Source of the DNA: a virus | Lineage: Duplodnaviria > Caudoviricetes | Reading direction: 5' to 3' (one strand) | Length of the DNA: 35,519 nt | Virus record (IMG/VR): IMGVR_UViG_3300048886_000464 | Coordinates: 1 to 35,519 of that record | Shown here: positions 1 through 8,558 of the stretch, piece after piece | Layout of the letters: every line of letters starts with the position of its first letter | Numbering within the stretch: the first letter of the stretch is position 1 | Made by a program: the position numbers and the translations under genes | The notes under the pieces: model-generated | Seen by the model: the letters and a program-made list of their open reading frames with translations, nothing else | Databases searched by the model: none | What the model was told of the DNA's origin: nothing

Positions 1-1
1 A

Positions 2-3000
2 TTCATCTTGTTTCATTAGCCTTAGAAGAGCTTTTTCAATTGAGTTCTGTACGCCGCTACCTGGCCCCTTCCTGCCACGTAAAGCCTCTTGCATAGAAGG
101 GTCAAGGTCTGTTCGGCCCATTGGTTTCGTTCTCCACAATTCGGGAGGATGCCCCCCCAGTTCCTCGTCTGCAAACATTCGTGCTAGTTCTTCTATCTCA
201 TCTTTTTGGTCAGGAGATTTAATACTTCCAAACAATTCTTCAAGACGTTTTTGTTTTTCAGGCGATACTCCAGGGTCTATTTCTTGTTGGTCTTGCTGCT
301 CCCTTGTACGAGAATCTTGAGACGTTGTACCTTTATGTTGGCCTGTTGCACCCCCAGATGCCTCACCTATATGAGGCCATTCGTCATCCATATGGCCTGC
401 TACATATGTAGGGTCTTGTTCTGCATCACCAAGGTCAGGATGTCTGCCCAAATGATGTTGATAGGAAGTAAGTCTAGGCTGCTGATGGCGAGGTGTATAT
501 GTCTTTGGCTCTTGCATATTCTCAGGTTGTCTACGAATTCTGCTTAACCATAAATTATCCTTATGGGCAGGATGATATGGGGGAGGGGTAGCTTCAGCGG
601 GGTCAGGAGTCTCACCTCCTATAGTTCCATGCCTCCACTGGTATCCAGTACCCTCTCCATTCTCTTTTTCATCAGCCTTCATTAGCTTTAAAAGAGATTT
701 TTCTATACTATTTTGAACATGGTCTGAATCATACTGGTCAGTACCATGTTGTACTACACGTAGAGGAAATGGATTTCCTTCCGAATCAGGTACTGCCAGT
801 ATACCAGTAGGTTCTTCTCCTTCCTTTGGCTGTCTAAACTCAGCATAACTAGGAGCGTCATAGTCCCATACTTCCTCTGTACCCCCCTCAGGATGAGGAA
901 TCTCAGCCTTACGGCCTTCGGCGTCACCGCCCCCTGGATATCTAATACGTACTGTTGGTGGTTTCTTCTCGTCCTCCTCTGCCTTCATTAGCTTTAAAAG
1001 AGCTTTTTCAATATTATTTTGTATATTTGGCGCATCCAATTCTGGCCCTCTATGCTGTACCACATGCATCGGCCCACTTTCAGTTTCTAATGTCTCTATA
1101 TCATCCGCAGCATCCTCTGGGGTTGCTTGTCTATACTCTACCGTAAAGGGGGCTTTATATTCTTCAGTCCCTCTTAAACGATGTATTTGTTCTTCCCCGC
1201 CACCTTCTTCCACAGTCCCCTCTTTTTCCATATTAGCATTTCTTAAAGCTCTATGCTCAGGATACTTATCAACCTGTTCATCATACCGTATAGTATCACG
1301 CATAGCCCCAGCCATTGCACGCATTTCTTTAGGGGACATGTCCAATTTCAAAGGTGGTTTTTTACCTGTGCCCGACGCATACGCCATATCTTTGCCAGGG
1401 ACTTCAGGCATACGGAGATAGTCCTTCCCCTCATGCCCCCCTTCCAAAGCTGATAGCGAACCTTGATGCTCTTCACCCTTTAAATGTGCAACTCCCATTT
1501 CCCCTTCCCGTCCAGGCACCTCTGGCATGGGTTTCCATTTTGAAGGTTCTCTTTTCATCAGCTTTAGAAGAGCTTTTTCCACAGATAGTTCTGGAAACTC
1601 TCTTTTAAAAGCATCTTCACTTCCTCGCAACCTCTCTATCTCAGCCTTATGTTCAGCTATTTCTTGTTGATGGGCTGCTTCCTCTTTCTTTGTCCACTTG
1701 CTAAGTTTAGGGCCATTTGGGTCTTCAAACTTCCCTCTAGTAGATTCTGGATGGTCAAGAGGTAAACGGGCATTACGCATTCGAGAGTACATGCCTATTT
1801 TATGTTCTAGTTCTTCTATCTTATCGTCCTTAGTAGGTTGAGGTTGGTGTTCTTCAGCCTGTGCCCAATCATTATCGTGCCACTCTTTAAAATCAGAATG
1901 TGGATGATGGTCTGCGGTCACATTTTGCCCTAGCTTATATTTAGGAATCTGAGGAGATTCCGTTCCAGTCTCGGCAGCAAATCTGTCAAACTGATTTTGT
2001 AAAATATCATTCTTTTGTTGCCCTCGTCCTATTGCATTTCCTTTAGCATCCCCTGGTGGCTGGTACCAAGGCCAACTTCCTGGCGTAGTTCCATTGTGGT
2101 TGGGGTTATCTGGGTGGTAAAATGGTAGAGGTGTATCATCGCCTCCATCATCATCACCATATTCGCCTGTCATAAGTTTAAATAGGGAATTTTCAAGTGG
2201 GTTTTCTGGAAAGGTTCTTGCTATCCAATCCTCTTTACTTTCTCCTTCTTCTGGAGGTAGAATGGTTTCAGCATTTAATGGGCGAGTAGTCTTTATGCCT
2301 GGAGTTGAAGTAACTATTTCCCCAATCTCGCTCATTCGTTCATTTCTCGGAGAACCATGAGGTCTAGGTGAAGTACCTGGCGGTAACTTCTGTACTCTTG
2401 AAGCTATTTCCCCTAATTGTGGATTCATATGTTCACCAGGGGCATTGCGTCGATTAATTTGACGCTGTACATATATCTCCTTCTCCTCTTCAGGAGTTCT
2501 TTCACCTTCTTCCTTCATTATCTTTAGGAGAGAATTTTCAACAGAACCTTCTTCTTTACTTGGAAGAAAATAGTCTCTATAATGTCCTTGCCTTTTTATC
2601 CTATGCTCTGCCCCAAGAGAACTACCCCGTCTACCTATCCCAGGTATGTCCTTGTCAGGAAAAAGCTGATGCCCCAGACGAAAATGGTCAAGCCTCTGTT
2701 GGAATTCTTCTGGGGATATATTATTAATTACTTGTTGAAGGTTAGGTTGGGGCTTCATCATCATTTTCGCATTGCTATTGCTTGGTTCGTCCCCCATCCA
2801 TCTAAGAAATTCCTCTTGATGATGATTACTCAACGCATTATATTCCTCATAAGTCTTATCAGGTAAGGGAAAAGGAGCCAGCTGTTCCCCCGTGGAAGGG
2901 TCAAACTTTTGCTGCGGGTTCCTCCCATATCGTTGGGGTGTAGGTGGAGTACCTTCCTCATCTGCCTTATCTAAAAAAGGGCCATCATCCATGAGCTTTA

Positions 3001-3709
3001 GTAGGGAATTTTTCAACTCTTCCACATTTGGCCCATGTAATTTATGAGACTCTTCATAAGTTAATGGGTTATCCATTACATCAGCAGGAACACCAGTTAC
3101 TTTGGCTCCCTTCGCACTTCGTTGGGTAGATATAGGTTCTTCTTCCAATTGCTGAGGAGTACCCCGTACAGTTCCTTCAGCCCGTGGGCCTTCGTTCTGT
3201 CCCATACGATACTCACGTTCAACATCTTCCCATTCATCCTCACCCATACCGCCAGGATATTGTTCCTTAGCTATGCGTTTCATGGCATCGCCCGTCTTAT
3301 CCCCATCAGCAACTAAGATATTCTCTTCATCATGTTCCTTAACCTTATCATCAGACATGGCATTAAGGCGTTGGTCATCGACTTTCATTAGTTTTAGGAG
3401 AGACTCTTCAATTTTACTGTCTGAGTCTTGAGGATAACTTGGACTCCACACTCCCTTATCATCATCATCCCGCATCTGTTTCCATTCTTTTGCCGTAAAC
3501 CCACGTCTCAACGGAATGCCTGCGCCTTCAGGATGGTCTGGGCCAGTAACGGAAGGTTTGGGCAAGTGTCTAGAAGTGTCAAACGTTTCTCCTTGTTCAC
3601 TAAGGCCTTCACCCCCAACGTTCTCTTGTTTTTCCATTTCTTCTTTGAAAAAGTCTAGGGTTGACTTCCAATGTAAATTGTTATAAATTGGTTTCCCATA
3701 CTCTGGCAT
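2..3709 (-). CDS. Giant modular low-complexity protein, >1236 aa, 3'-truncated by the window edge; putative internal virion cargo polyprotein
   Basis: Absent from the ORF track, presumably because no stop lies in the window. Manual translation from ATG 3709 (AAGGAG RBS, 3 nt after the protease stop) gives MPEYGKPIYNNLHWKSTLDFFKEEMEKQEN... with no stop to position 2 (...VQNSIEKALLRLMKQDE). It has eight LLKLMK-type motifs, is P/G/E/H-rich, and I saw no Cys. Function is inferred. Confidence 0.9.
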   Translation of the reverse strand, partial: MPEYGKPIYNNLHWKSTLDFFKEEMEKQENVGGEGLSEQGETFDTSRHLPKPSVTGPDHPEGAGIPLRRGFTAKEWKQMRDDDDKGVWSPSYPQDSDSKIEESLLKLMKVDDQRLNAMSDDKVKEHDEENILVADGDKTGDAMKRIAKEQYPGGMGEDEWEDVEREYRMGQNEGPRAEGTVRGTPQQLEEEPISTQRSAKGAKVTGVPADVMDNPLTYEESHKLHGPNVEELKNSLLKLMDDGPFLDKADEEGTPPTPQRYGRNPQQKFDPSTGEQLAPFPLPDKTYEEYNALSNHHQEEFLRWMGDEPSNSNAKMMMKPQPNLQQVINNISPEEFQQRLDHFRLGHQLFPDKDIPGIGRRGSSLGAEHRIKRQGHYRDYFLPSKEEGSVENSLLKIMKEEGERTPEEEKEIYVQRQINRRNAPGEHMNPQLGEIASRVQKLPPGTSPRPHGSPRNERMSEIGEIVTSTPGIKTTRPLNAETILPPEEGESKEDWIARTFPENPLENSLFKLMTGEYGDDDGGDDTPLPFYHPDNPNHNGTTPGSWPWYQPPGDAKGNAIGRGQQKNDILQNQFDRFAAETGTESPQIPKYKLGQNVTADHHPHSDFKEWHDNDWAQAEEHQPQPTKDDKIEELEHKIGMYSRMRNARLPLDHPESTRGKFEDPNGPKLSKWTKKEEAAHQQEIAEHKAEIERLRGSEDAFKREFPELSVEKALLKLMKREPSKWKPMPEVPGREGEMGVAHLKGEEHQGSLSALEGGHEGKDYLRMPEVPGKDMAYASGTGKKPPLKLDMSPKEMRAMAGAMRDTIRYDEQVDKYPEHRALRNANMEKEGTVEEGGGEEQIHRLRGTEEYKAPFTVEYRQATPEDAADDIETLETESGPMHVVQHRGPELDAPNIQNNIEKALLKLMKAEEDEKKPPTVRIRYPGGGDAEGRKAEIPHPEGGTEEVWDYDAPSYAEFRQPKEGEEPTGILAVPDSEGNPFPLRVVQHGTDQYDSDHVQNSIEKSLLKLMKADEKENGEGTGYQWRHGTIGGETPDPAEATPPPYHPAHKDNLWLSRIRRQPENMQEPKTYTPRHQQPRLTSYQHHLGRHPDLGDAEQDPTYVAGHMDDEWPHIGEASGGATGQHKGTTSQDSRTREQQDQQEIDPGVSPEKQKRLEELFGSIKSPDQKDEIEELARMFADEELGGHPPELWRTKPMGRTDLDPSMQEALRGRKGPGSGVQNSIEKALLRLMKQDE
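5..3415 (-). repeat. Eight dispersed in-frame coding repeats, consensus approximately [IVL]E[KNE][SA]LL[KR]LMK
   Basis: Met codons of the motif start at + positions 14, 680, 986, 1556, 2171, 2516, 2990 and 3386. Copies at 675-703 and 981-1009 match at 28/29 nt (gccttcattagctttaaaagag[a/c]tttttc). Confidence 0.92.
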
Positions 3710-3712
3710 AAA

Positions 3713-6700
3713 TTAACTCCTTACGGGTAGGCTGAAAGCTTTAGCAAAGATTTTATGGACAGGCATAGAGTTTTCTATTGAATATTTAATGGGTTCTCGA
3801 TTTTGTGCCCATGCAGGCCGTCTAGCAGCACCCCTAGCCGTGGGTCTTCGGCCTCGCCCATAATCTCTTGGCCCCCTAACTCGCGCCCTTGCTTGTTCCC
3901 AAGCATCTGGAGTCGAGGCCTGTCCACCACCCATTAAACCTCTTTCAGCTTGTTCGGGTTCGCCTTGAAGTCTCTTGAGGTCAATATAATGCCCGTTGTC
4001 ATTAGAATTATGCAACGTCTCTACAATCTGTCTTAACGCTTGTGCCCCACTTCCTCCATGTCTCCCATGATGGGCACGAACCTTGTTGCTTAGATGTTCA
4101 CGCATCTCAGCCATACCGATAGGTTGATGCCATTCATCAGGATGGAAGTTCATATCTGTAAAGTGAGCGAGTCTATCCCCATCCTCATTTTGACTCAGAT
4201 GGTGTATCACACCCATCCAATCTCTAGGAGATAATTTACCGCCATCTTGTATATGGTCTAGCTTACTACGTACATTGTCATGACGTTCAGAAGAGGACAT
4301 ATTTCTGTGTTCATCGGGATGGTATTGAACTCCTTGTCCTACTCCTTGTTGCCGTTCCAGTTCAGCTGCCCTACCATAACTCTTTCCAGGCCGTTGACGC
4401 AAGCCTCCTTCGGAACGTATACCACCTGGGCGATAATATTCCCGTAAGTTTTCAAGGTCATCCACACCAGAAGATACGCCTCTAGCAATCTCTCCTCCGA
4501 TTTTGCCTGCACGTTCCCCCTGACGGCCTAACCACTGTCGAGCCATACGGCCTGCCTGTCCACCACGTTGTCGAACCATACGGCCTACCTGTCCACCACG
4601 TTCACGGGAACCAGCCCCTAGCCTTTCATCGGCATGAGCGGGAGCAGGACTTCGGAAACGTCCTCCCTCACCTCTTACGCCTGCCGCTTCCGCAGGGATA
4701 TCAGGTCTTACATCTTGTTGAGGATTCATAAACCCACGGAATGCACCACCAGCTGCTTCGGCCCCTCTCCTGGCACCACGGCCTATTCCACGGGCTGCTT
4801 GATTAGCCCAATCCGCGCCTTTATCGCCACGCATTTCTTCGTCTCTAAAGCCTCTACCCATTTCTCCAGCAACGCCTTGTACTTCCCCACGTAAATCTTG
4901 GAGATTTTGGTCAACTTCTCGTCCTGCCTTTCTCCCACCTCGGAACAATCGTCTCATTCCTTGATGGGCCTTTTCTCTAGGGGAAAGGTTCTCCATCCTA
5001 TCCCTTCGACGTTGAGATTGAACGCTGCCTACAATTTCACCAGCATCATATTCTCTACGCCCAGTTTGCTCTTCCCGCACTTCCCTTAGTGCGTCTGCCC
5101 TGTTTCTTGAGGCTGTATCGTCTCCCATTCGATAGCGTATTCCTGGCCCTTGTAATGGTTGGCGACGTGATTGAGTTTCTACAGGAGTTCCAGCTTGTCG
5201 GCCTCTGGCAACATGTTCATAATCATCAAACGTTGTTGTAACATTACCCTGTTCCTTCCGTCTGGCTGATTCTTTGGGGTTTACTCCCATATACCGTAAG
5301 TTATCCCGTCTTTGTTCTATTTTCTTTTGCGCTGCTGCTGCTTCTTGTTCTGGAACCTGTCTTGTCACTCTCTCAGAACGCTCCCTTGCCCTGGCAAGTC
5401 CTGGCCCACCTGTTCGTAGATTCTCTGCATGTGTTGCATCAGCACTTGCTTGCGCTGCCACACCTGAAGGTGAAGCACCAGGGAATGGGGCTTGGCTAAC
5501 ATTAGCTGCCCGTGTAGACGCTTCCGCAGATGGGTACCATCGAGAAGATGCCCCTGTAGTAGGCAAATCAACCTTAGGAGGATATTCCCGCCCTAATTGA
5601 GCTTGACCAAACATTCCTTCATTAGCCCTAGCTGCATCAGTTTGTGGTGGAACCCCTTTGCCAGCTGGGTCACCCATGCCCAACATCGTGGCGGGGGTTA
5701 CGCCCATACCCAAACCCGTATCCTTAGGTTTTTCACCCTCAGGGAATGCCTGTCCAGGGTTTGCCTTACCCATACGTTTAGGAGGAGCAGTAGCTTTCTG
5801 GATAATCCGTTCAAAGATGTCAATAGATTTATTAAAACTTACAATCTTATCGTTATCTAATTTATCCCCCAAATCTTGTCCAGCTTCATTCACAACCCAA
5901 GGTGGTATAATATTAATGGGCTTGCCATCATCATCAGTTTCAGTTTCAACTACTGGAATATATCGCATCGTCTCTAGAATAGGTTCGGAAGGGAAACCGT
6001 ACTCCTCAAGAAGGCGGTGGTGTTCGGCTTCCCTCCCAGCAAGATTTTCAAGGGTAGTGAAGGACTTTCCCTTGAGAGGGTCTTTCGATTCTTTTTCCAT
6101 CCAATTTAAAAAGGACTTTTTAAAATTTATTTTCCCATTGTCTTCAGACCGCATAATTACAATCTTCCTATGAATAGCTACAGGCAGTCGTTCTTCTTTC
6201 TCAGAATCCTTTTGGTCTTCATCAGCTTTTTCTGACTGAGGCAATTCCGCTTTTAAAATTTCAAAATTTGCAGCTTGGTTAACACCCTTTTCACAAACTG
6301 TAACTTCAGCTAATTCCATTTCGTCTACTTGCATATACGGAGTCATGCCTTTCTTCATGTTCTGTACTTTCGTGGCACTTCCAGCAATTGAATAACTCTT
6401 TAACAGACCATCATTAATCTGGTCAGCTACCTTTTTTGCAATTGCAGTATCATTACGCAGTTCACAAATAAAGAACAAACCCTTATCATCAACACCAGAT
6501 TTATAGATTTGTCCACCCTTGGAGATATACGCAGGCAATGCCCACCCTACCTGTACATCCGAATGAAGTACCATAACATTACGAGTACGTTCATTATCCA
6601 TAAACTTTTGGAAGGCTCTACCTAAAGCTCCAGCAGTAATTAAATGTCCTTCTCTATCAATCAATTCAACGGAAGCGGGGCCACCAATAACTAAAGGTTC

Positions 6701-6946
6701 TACCATATCCATTTTCTGAAGTTGTCCAGCTGCTTCTGCATATGTAGGACTATCAGGAAAGGCTCTATGTAGAGTCATCATTTCAGCTTTAGAAATAGTT
6801 CCAGCATGGTAGTTGCGTTCATATTCATCTAACGCACCCTTAATATCTTGTAAAGTGGTACGGCCTGGTTGAGACTCTTTTTCTAACCAGAAAATAGAAT
6901 CAGGAGCTTTGGCTGCTTGTGACGTAGGAATATAAGTACTGGTCAT
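3713..6946 (-). CDS. HK97-type prohead (maturation) protease with a long Arg/Gly-rich C-terminal extension
   Basis: Protease-domain motifs LVIGGPASVELIDREGHLI, MVLHSD (His), KSYSIAG (Ser) and LAEVTVCEKGVN. Lies in the head module. Start placed at ATG 6946 (TAATG coupling to the upstream stop) instead of the track's 6967. Confidence 0.85.
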   Translation of the reverse strand: MTSTYIPTSQAAKAPDSIFWLEKESQPGRTTLQDIKGALDEYERNYHAGTISKAEMMTLHRAFPDSPTYAEAAGQLQKMDMVEPLVIGGPASVELIDREGHLITAGALGRAFQKFMDNERTRNVMVLHSDVQVGWALPAYISKGGQIYKSGVDDKGLFFICELRNDTAIAKKVADQINDGLLKSYSIAGSATKVQNMKKGMTPYMQVDEMELAEVTVCEKGVNQAANFEILKAELPQSEKADEDQKDSEKEERLPVAIHRKIVIMRSEDNGKINFKKSFLNWMEKESKDPLKGKSFTTLENLAGREAEHHRLLEEYGFPSEPILETMRYIPVVETETDDDGKPINIIPPWVVNEAGQDLGDKLDNDKIVSFNKSIDIFERIIQKATAPPKRMGKANPGQAFPEGEKPKDTGLGMGVTPATMLGMGDPAGKGVPPQTDAARANEGMFGQAQLGREYPPKVDLPTTGASSRWYPSAEASTRAANVSQAPFPGASPSGVAAQASADATHAENLRTGGPGLARARERSERVTRQVPEQEAAAAQKKIEQRRDNLRYMGVNPKESARRKEQGNVTTTFDDYEHVARGRQAGTPVETQSRRQPLQGPGIRYRMGDDTASRNRADALREVREEQTGRREYDAGEIVGSVQSQRRRDRMENLSPREKAHQGMRRLFRGGRKAGREVDQNLQDLRGEVQGVAGEMGRGFRDEEMRGDKGADWANQAARGIGRGARRGAEAAGGAFRGFMNPQQDVRPDIPAEAAGVRGEGGRFRSPAPAHADERLGAGSRERGGQVGRMVRQRGGQAGRMARQWLGRQGERAGKIGGEIARGVSSGVDDLENLREYYRPGGIRSEGGLRQRPGKSYGRAAELERQQGVGQGVQYHPDEHRNMSSSERHDNVRSKLDHIQDGGKLSPRDWMGVIHHLSQNEDGDRLAHFTDMNFHPDEWHQPIGMAEMREHLSNKVRAHHGRHGGSGAQALRQIVETLHNSNDNGHYIDLKRLQGEPEQAERGLMGGGQASTPDAWEQARARVRGPRDYGRGRRPTARGAARRPAWAQNREPIKYSIENSMPVHKIFAKAFSLPVRS
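4536..4601. repeat. 33-bp tandem duplication (2 copies, 2 mismatches) encoding RGGQVGRMVRQ / RGGQAGRMARQ
   Basis: tgtcgagccatacggcctgcctgtccaccacgt followed directly by tgtcgaaccatacggcctacctgtccaccacgt. Confidence 0.9.
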
Positions 6947-7875
6947 TATCCTGCATGTACTCCCCAAATAACCCCATAAACCTGGGTGCTTGCCCCAGAG
7001 GCAATGGCAGATATTTTAATCCGTGCATCTATAGGCCAATTAGTTTCTATAGTTTCTCCCGCCTTCAAGAGAATACCTGTAGAAGTTGTTCCCGCAGCTG
7101 TAGCATCTGTATCTATAGCTATGTTAGCCGTTTGACTACCATGCCCATTCTTGAGTTTAAATCCCCTAACTGCCGAAATTCCTGGCCTACGCTTAGATTC
7201 AGATAGATGAGCAGTTCCTGTCCATTCATAGTTAATGCCTTGGGCACCATCAACATAATCACTTAGATTACCGTCTCTCCGTTGTTCTATCATAATCTTA
7301 TCAACGTAAAAGTCTATGTTATGTTGTGCTACACTAGTAACTGCTATTCGATAAGTAGCGGCAACCCTCTCAACAAGTTCATATTTGACATATATTTGAG
7401 CAAAAGATGTAGTCAGGCTATGAGTAGCACTGGCAGCTAACTCAACACCATCCTCATCCTGAATCGCAATTTTTACATCACCCGATGCAGAAGCCCCTTG
7501 AACTTCACATTGAGCTACGATAGATGTTCCTTCCGTATGCCCCGCAAATTTATCACTCCAATAGAACCCTTCTCCAGCTGCTGAGTTAGCAGGATTTACA
7601 AGGAGGGAATTGCTACCTGTGGCAGCTTGGGCACTACTTTGAGATATTGCGGAGCCTGATGCGGTAAATTCACTAATCGTAGCGTGTTCAATAGAGGGGT
7701 TTTTTACAAGGTTGACAGCTGGCTCTCCCCGTGATACAGTCAATAAATCAACTGCGGTTGTACCAACGGTAGTGTCAATCGGAACATATTTATTCCATAC
7801 ATGCACACTTGTTCTAGTACTAGGGTCTATTTCCCATTCAGGCCAGTTCTCAGGAAAATGTTCTGAAGTTGGCAT
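6946..7875 (-). CDS. Virion structural protein with a carbohydrate-binding (CBM_4_9 / galactose-binding-like) domain
   Basis: NLVKNPSIE start motif, DFYVDKIMIEQ end strand and DYVDGAQGINYEWTGTAHLSES; Ser/Ala/Thr-rich beta composition; AGGAG RBS; head module context. Confidence 0.6.
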   Translation of the reverse strand: MPTSEHFPENWPEWEIDPSTRTSVHVWNKYVPIDTTVGTTAVDLLTVSRGEPAVNLVKNPSIEHATISEFTASGSAISQSSAQAATGSNSLLVNPANSAAGEGFYWSDKFAGHTEGTSIVAQCEVQGASASGDVKIAIQDEDGVELAASATHSLTTSFAQIYVKYELVERVAATYRIAVTSVAQHNIDFYVDKIMIEQRRDGNLSDYVDGAQGINYEWTGTAHLSESKRRPGISAVRGFKLKNGHGSQTANIAIDTDATAAGTTSTGILLKAGETIETNWPIDARIKISAIASGASTQVYGVIWGVHAG

Positions 7876-7883
7876 ATAATCTC

Positions 7884-8153
7884 CTAATCAGTTGAGAACC
7901 AGTTCATTATACCAATAAGGCTTCCCAACACAAGTGCAGAATGAGCAAAGACTATGCCCATAATAAACACGGCTGATTTAGCCCCATACATACGAGTTCT
8001 CCAATGTTTTATTTCATCGAGTTCATTATTAAATTTATCTAAGCTATGGCAAATTGTTTCATTTAATTGAGTTTGCCCCTCTATGTATCTATCTAATCGC
8101 TCTGTATAGACTGCCAAGTTGACCTCTATAGAGGCCTCATTCAATACAGGCAT
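7884..8153 (-). CDS. Small membrane protein, holin/XhlA-like (coiled coil plus C-terminal hydrophobic segment)
   Basis: Heptad-like N-terminal half followed by AVFIMGIVFAHSALVLGSLIGIMNWF. Confidence 0.5.
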   Translation of the reverse strand: MPVLNEASIEVNLAVYTERLDRYIEGQTQLNETICHSLDKFNNELDEIKHWRTRMYGAKSAVFIMGIVFAHSALVLGSLIGIMNWFSTD

Positions 8154-8161
8154 AAGGCATA

Positions 8162-8485
8162 TTATCTACCAAATGCTAGGACACGGACTACAACGGCTGA
8201 TACATCGGTTGTATTAGCAACTTCGTCCAAAATGGCACCATCTGCACCAGCTTCATACAAAGCTATTTTAGAGTTAGTGTAGTCATACTGAGCTACATAA
8301 CCACTGTTTTCCATTGAGAGAGCCACAAAATGAAGTGATTCCAATCCCAATGTAGTTGCCGTTAGTGCTTCACCACCTGTAGCATAACTGCTATCAAAGG
8401 TGCAAGTTTTAATGACATATTTATTATTGCCAGGAACACCCGTCATATCGGAAGCATTGCCTGGAACTGTTATCGCAAGAGCCAT
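8162..8485 (-). CDS. Putative capsid decoration/cement protein
   Basis: 107 aa, beta-rich (FDSSYATGGEALTA ... VVVRVLAFGR), directly downstream of the MCP, strong AAGGAGG RBS. Confidence 0.6.
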   Translation of the reverse strand: MALAITVPGNASDMTGVPGNNKYVIKTCTFDSSYATGGEALTATTLGLESLHFVALSMENSGYVAQYDYTNSKIALYEAGADGAILDEVANTTDVSAVVVRVLAFGR

Positions 8486-8504
8486 AGTTTATCCTCCTTA
8501 AATA

Positions 8505-8549
8505 GAACAAGAAAAGAAGGTGGGAATGTTCGGAGGCATCCCCACCTTC
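8505..8549 (-). terminator. Rho-independent terminator after the major capsid gene
   Basis: Minus strand AGAAGGTGGGA-TGCCTCCGAACAT-TCCCACCTTCT (11-bp perfect stem) followed by TTTCTTGTT. Confidence 0.8.
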
Positions 8550-8558
8550 TCACCAAAT

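Noticed and set aside
5-3415. Dispersed ~30 nt repeats as a CRISPR array or attC-like cassette sites
   Set aside because: Spacing is 306-666 nt, all copies are in frame and vary largely at synonymous positions, they are not palindromic, and no cas1/cas2 or integrase is present.
1-3712. Apparent 3.7 kb non-coding region or stop-codon recoding
   Set aside because: One frame is fully open under the standard code, and TAA, TAG and TGA all serve as normal stops elsewhere in the window.
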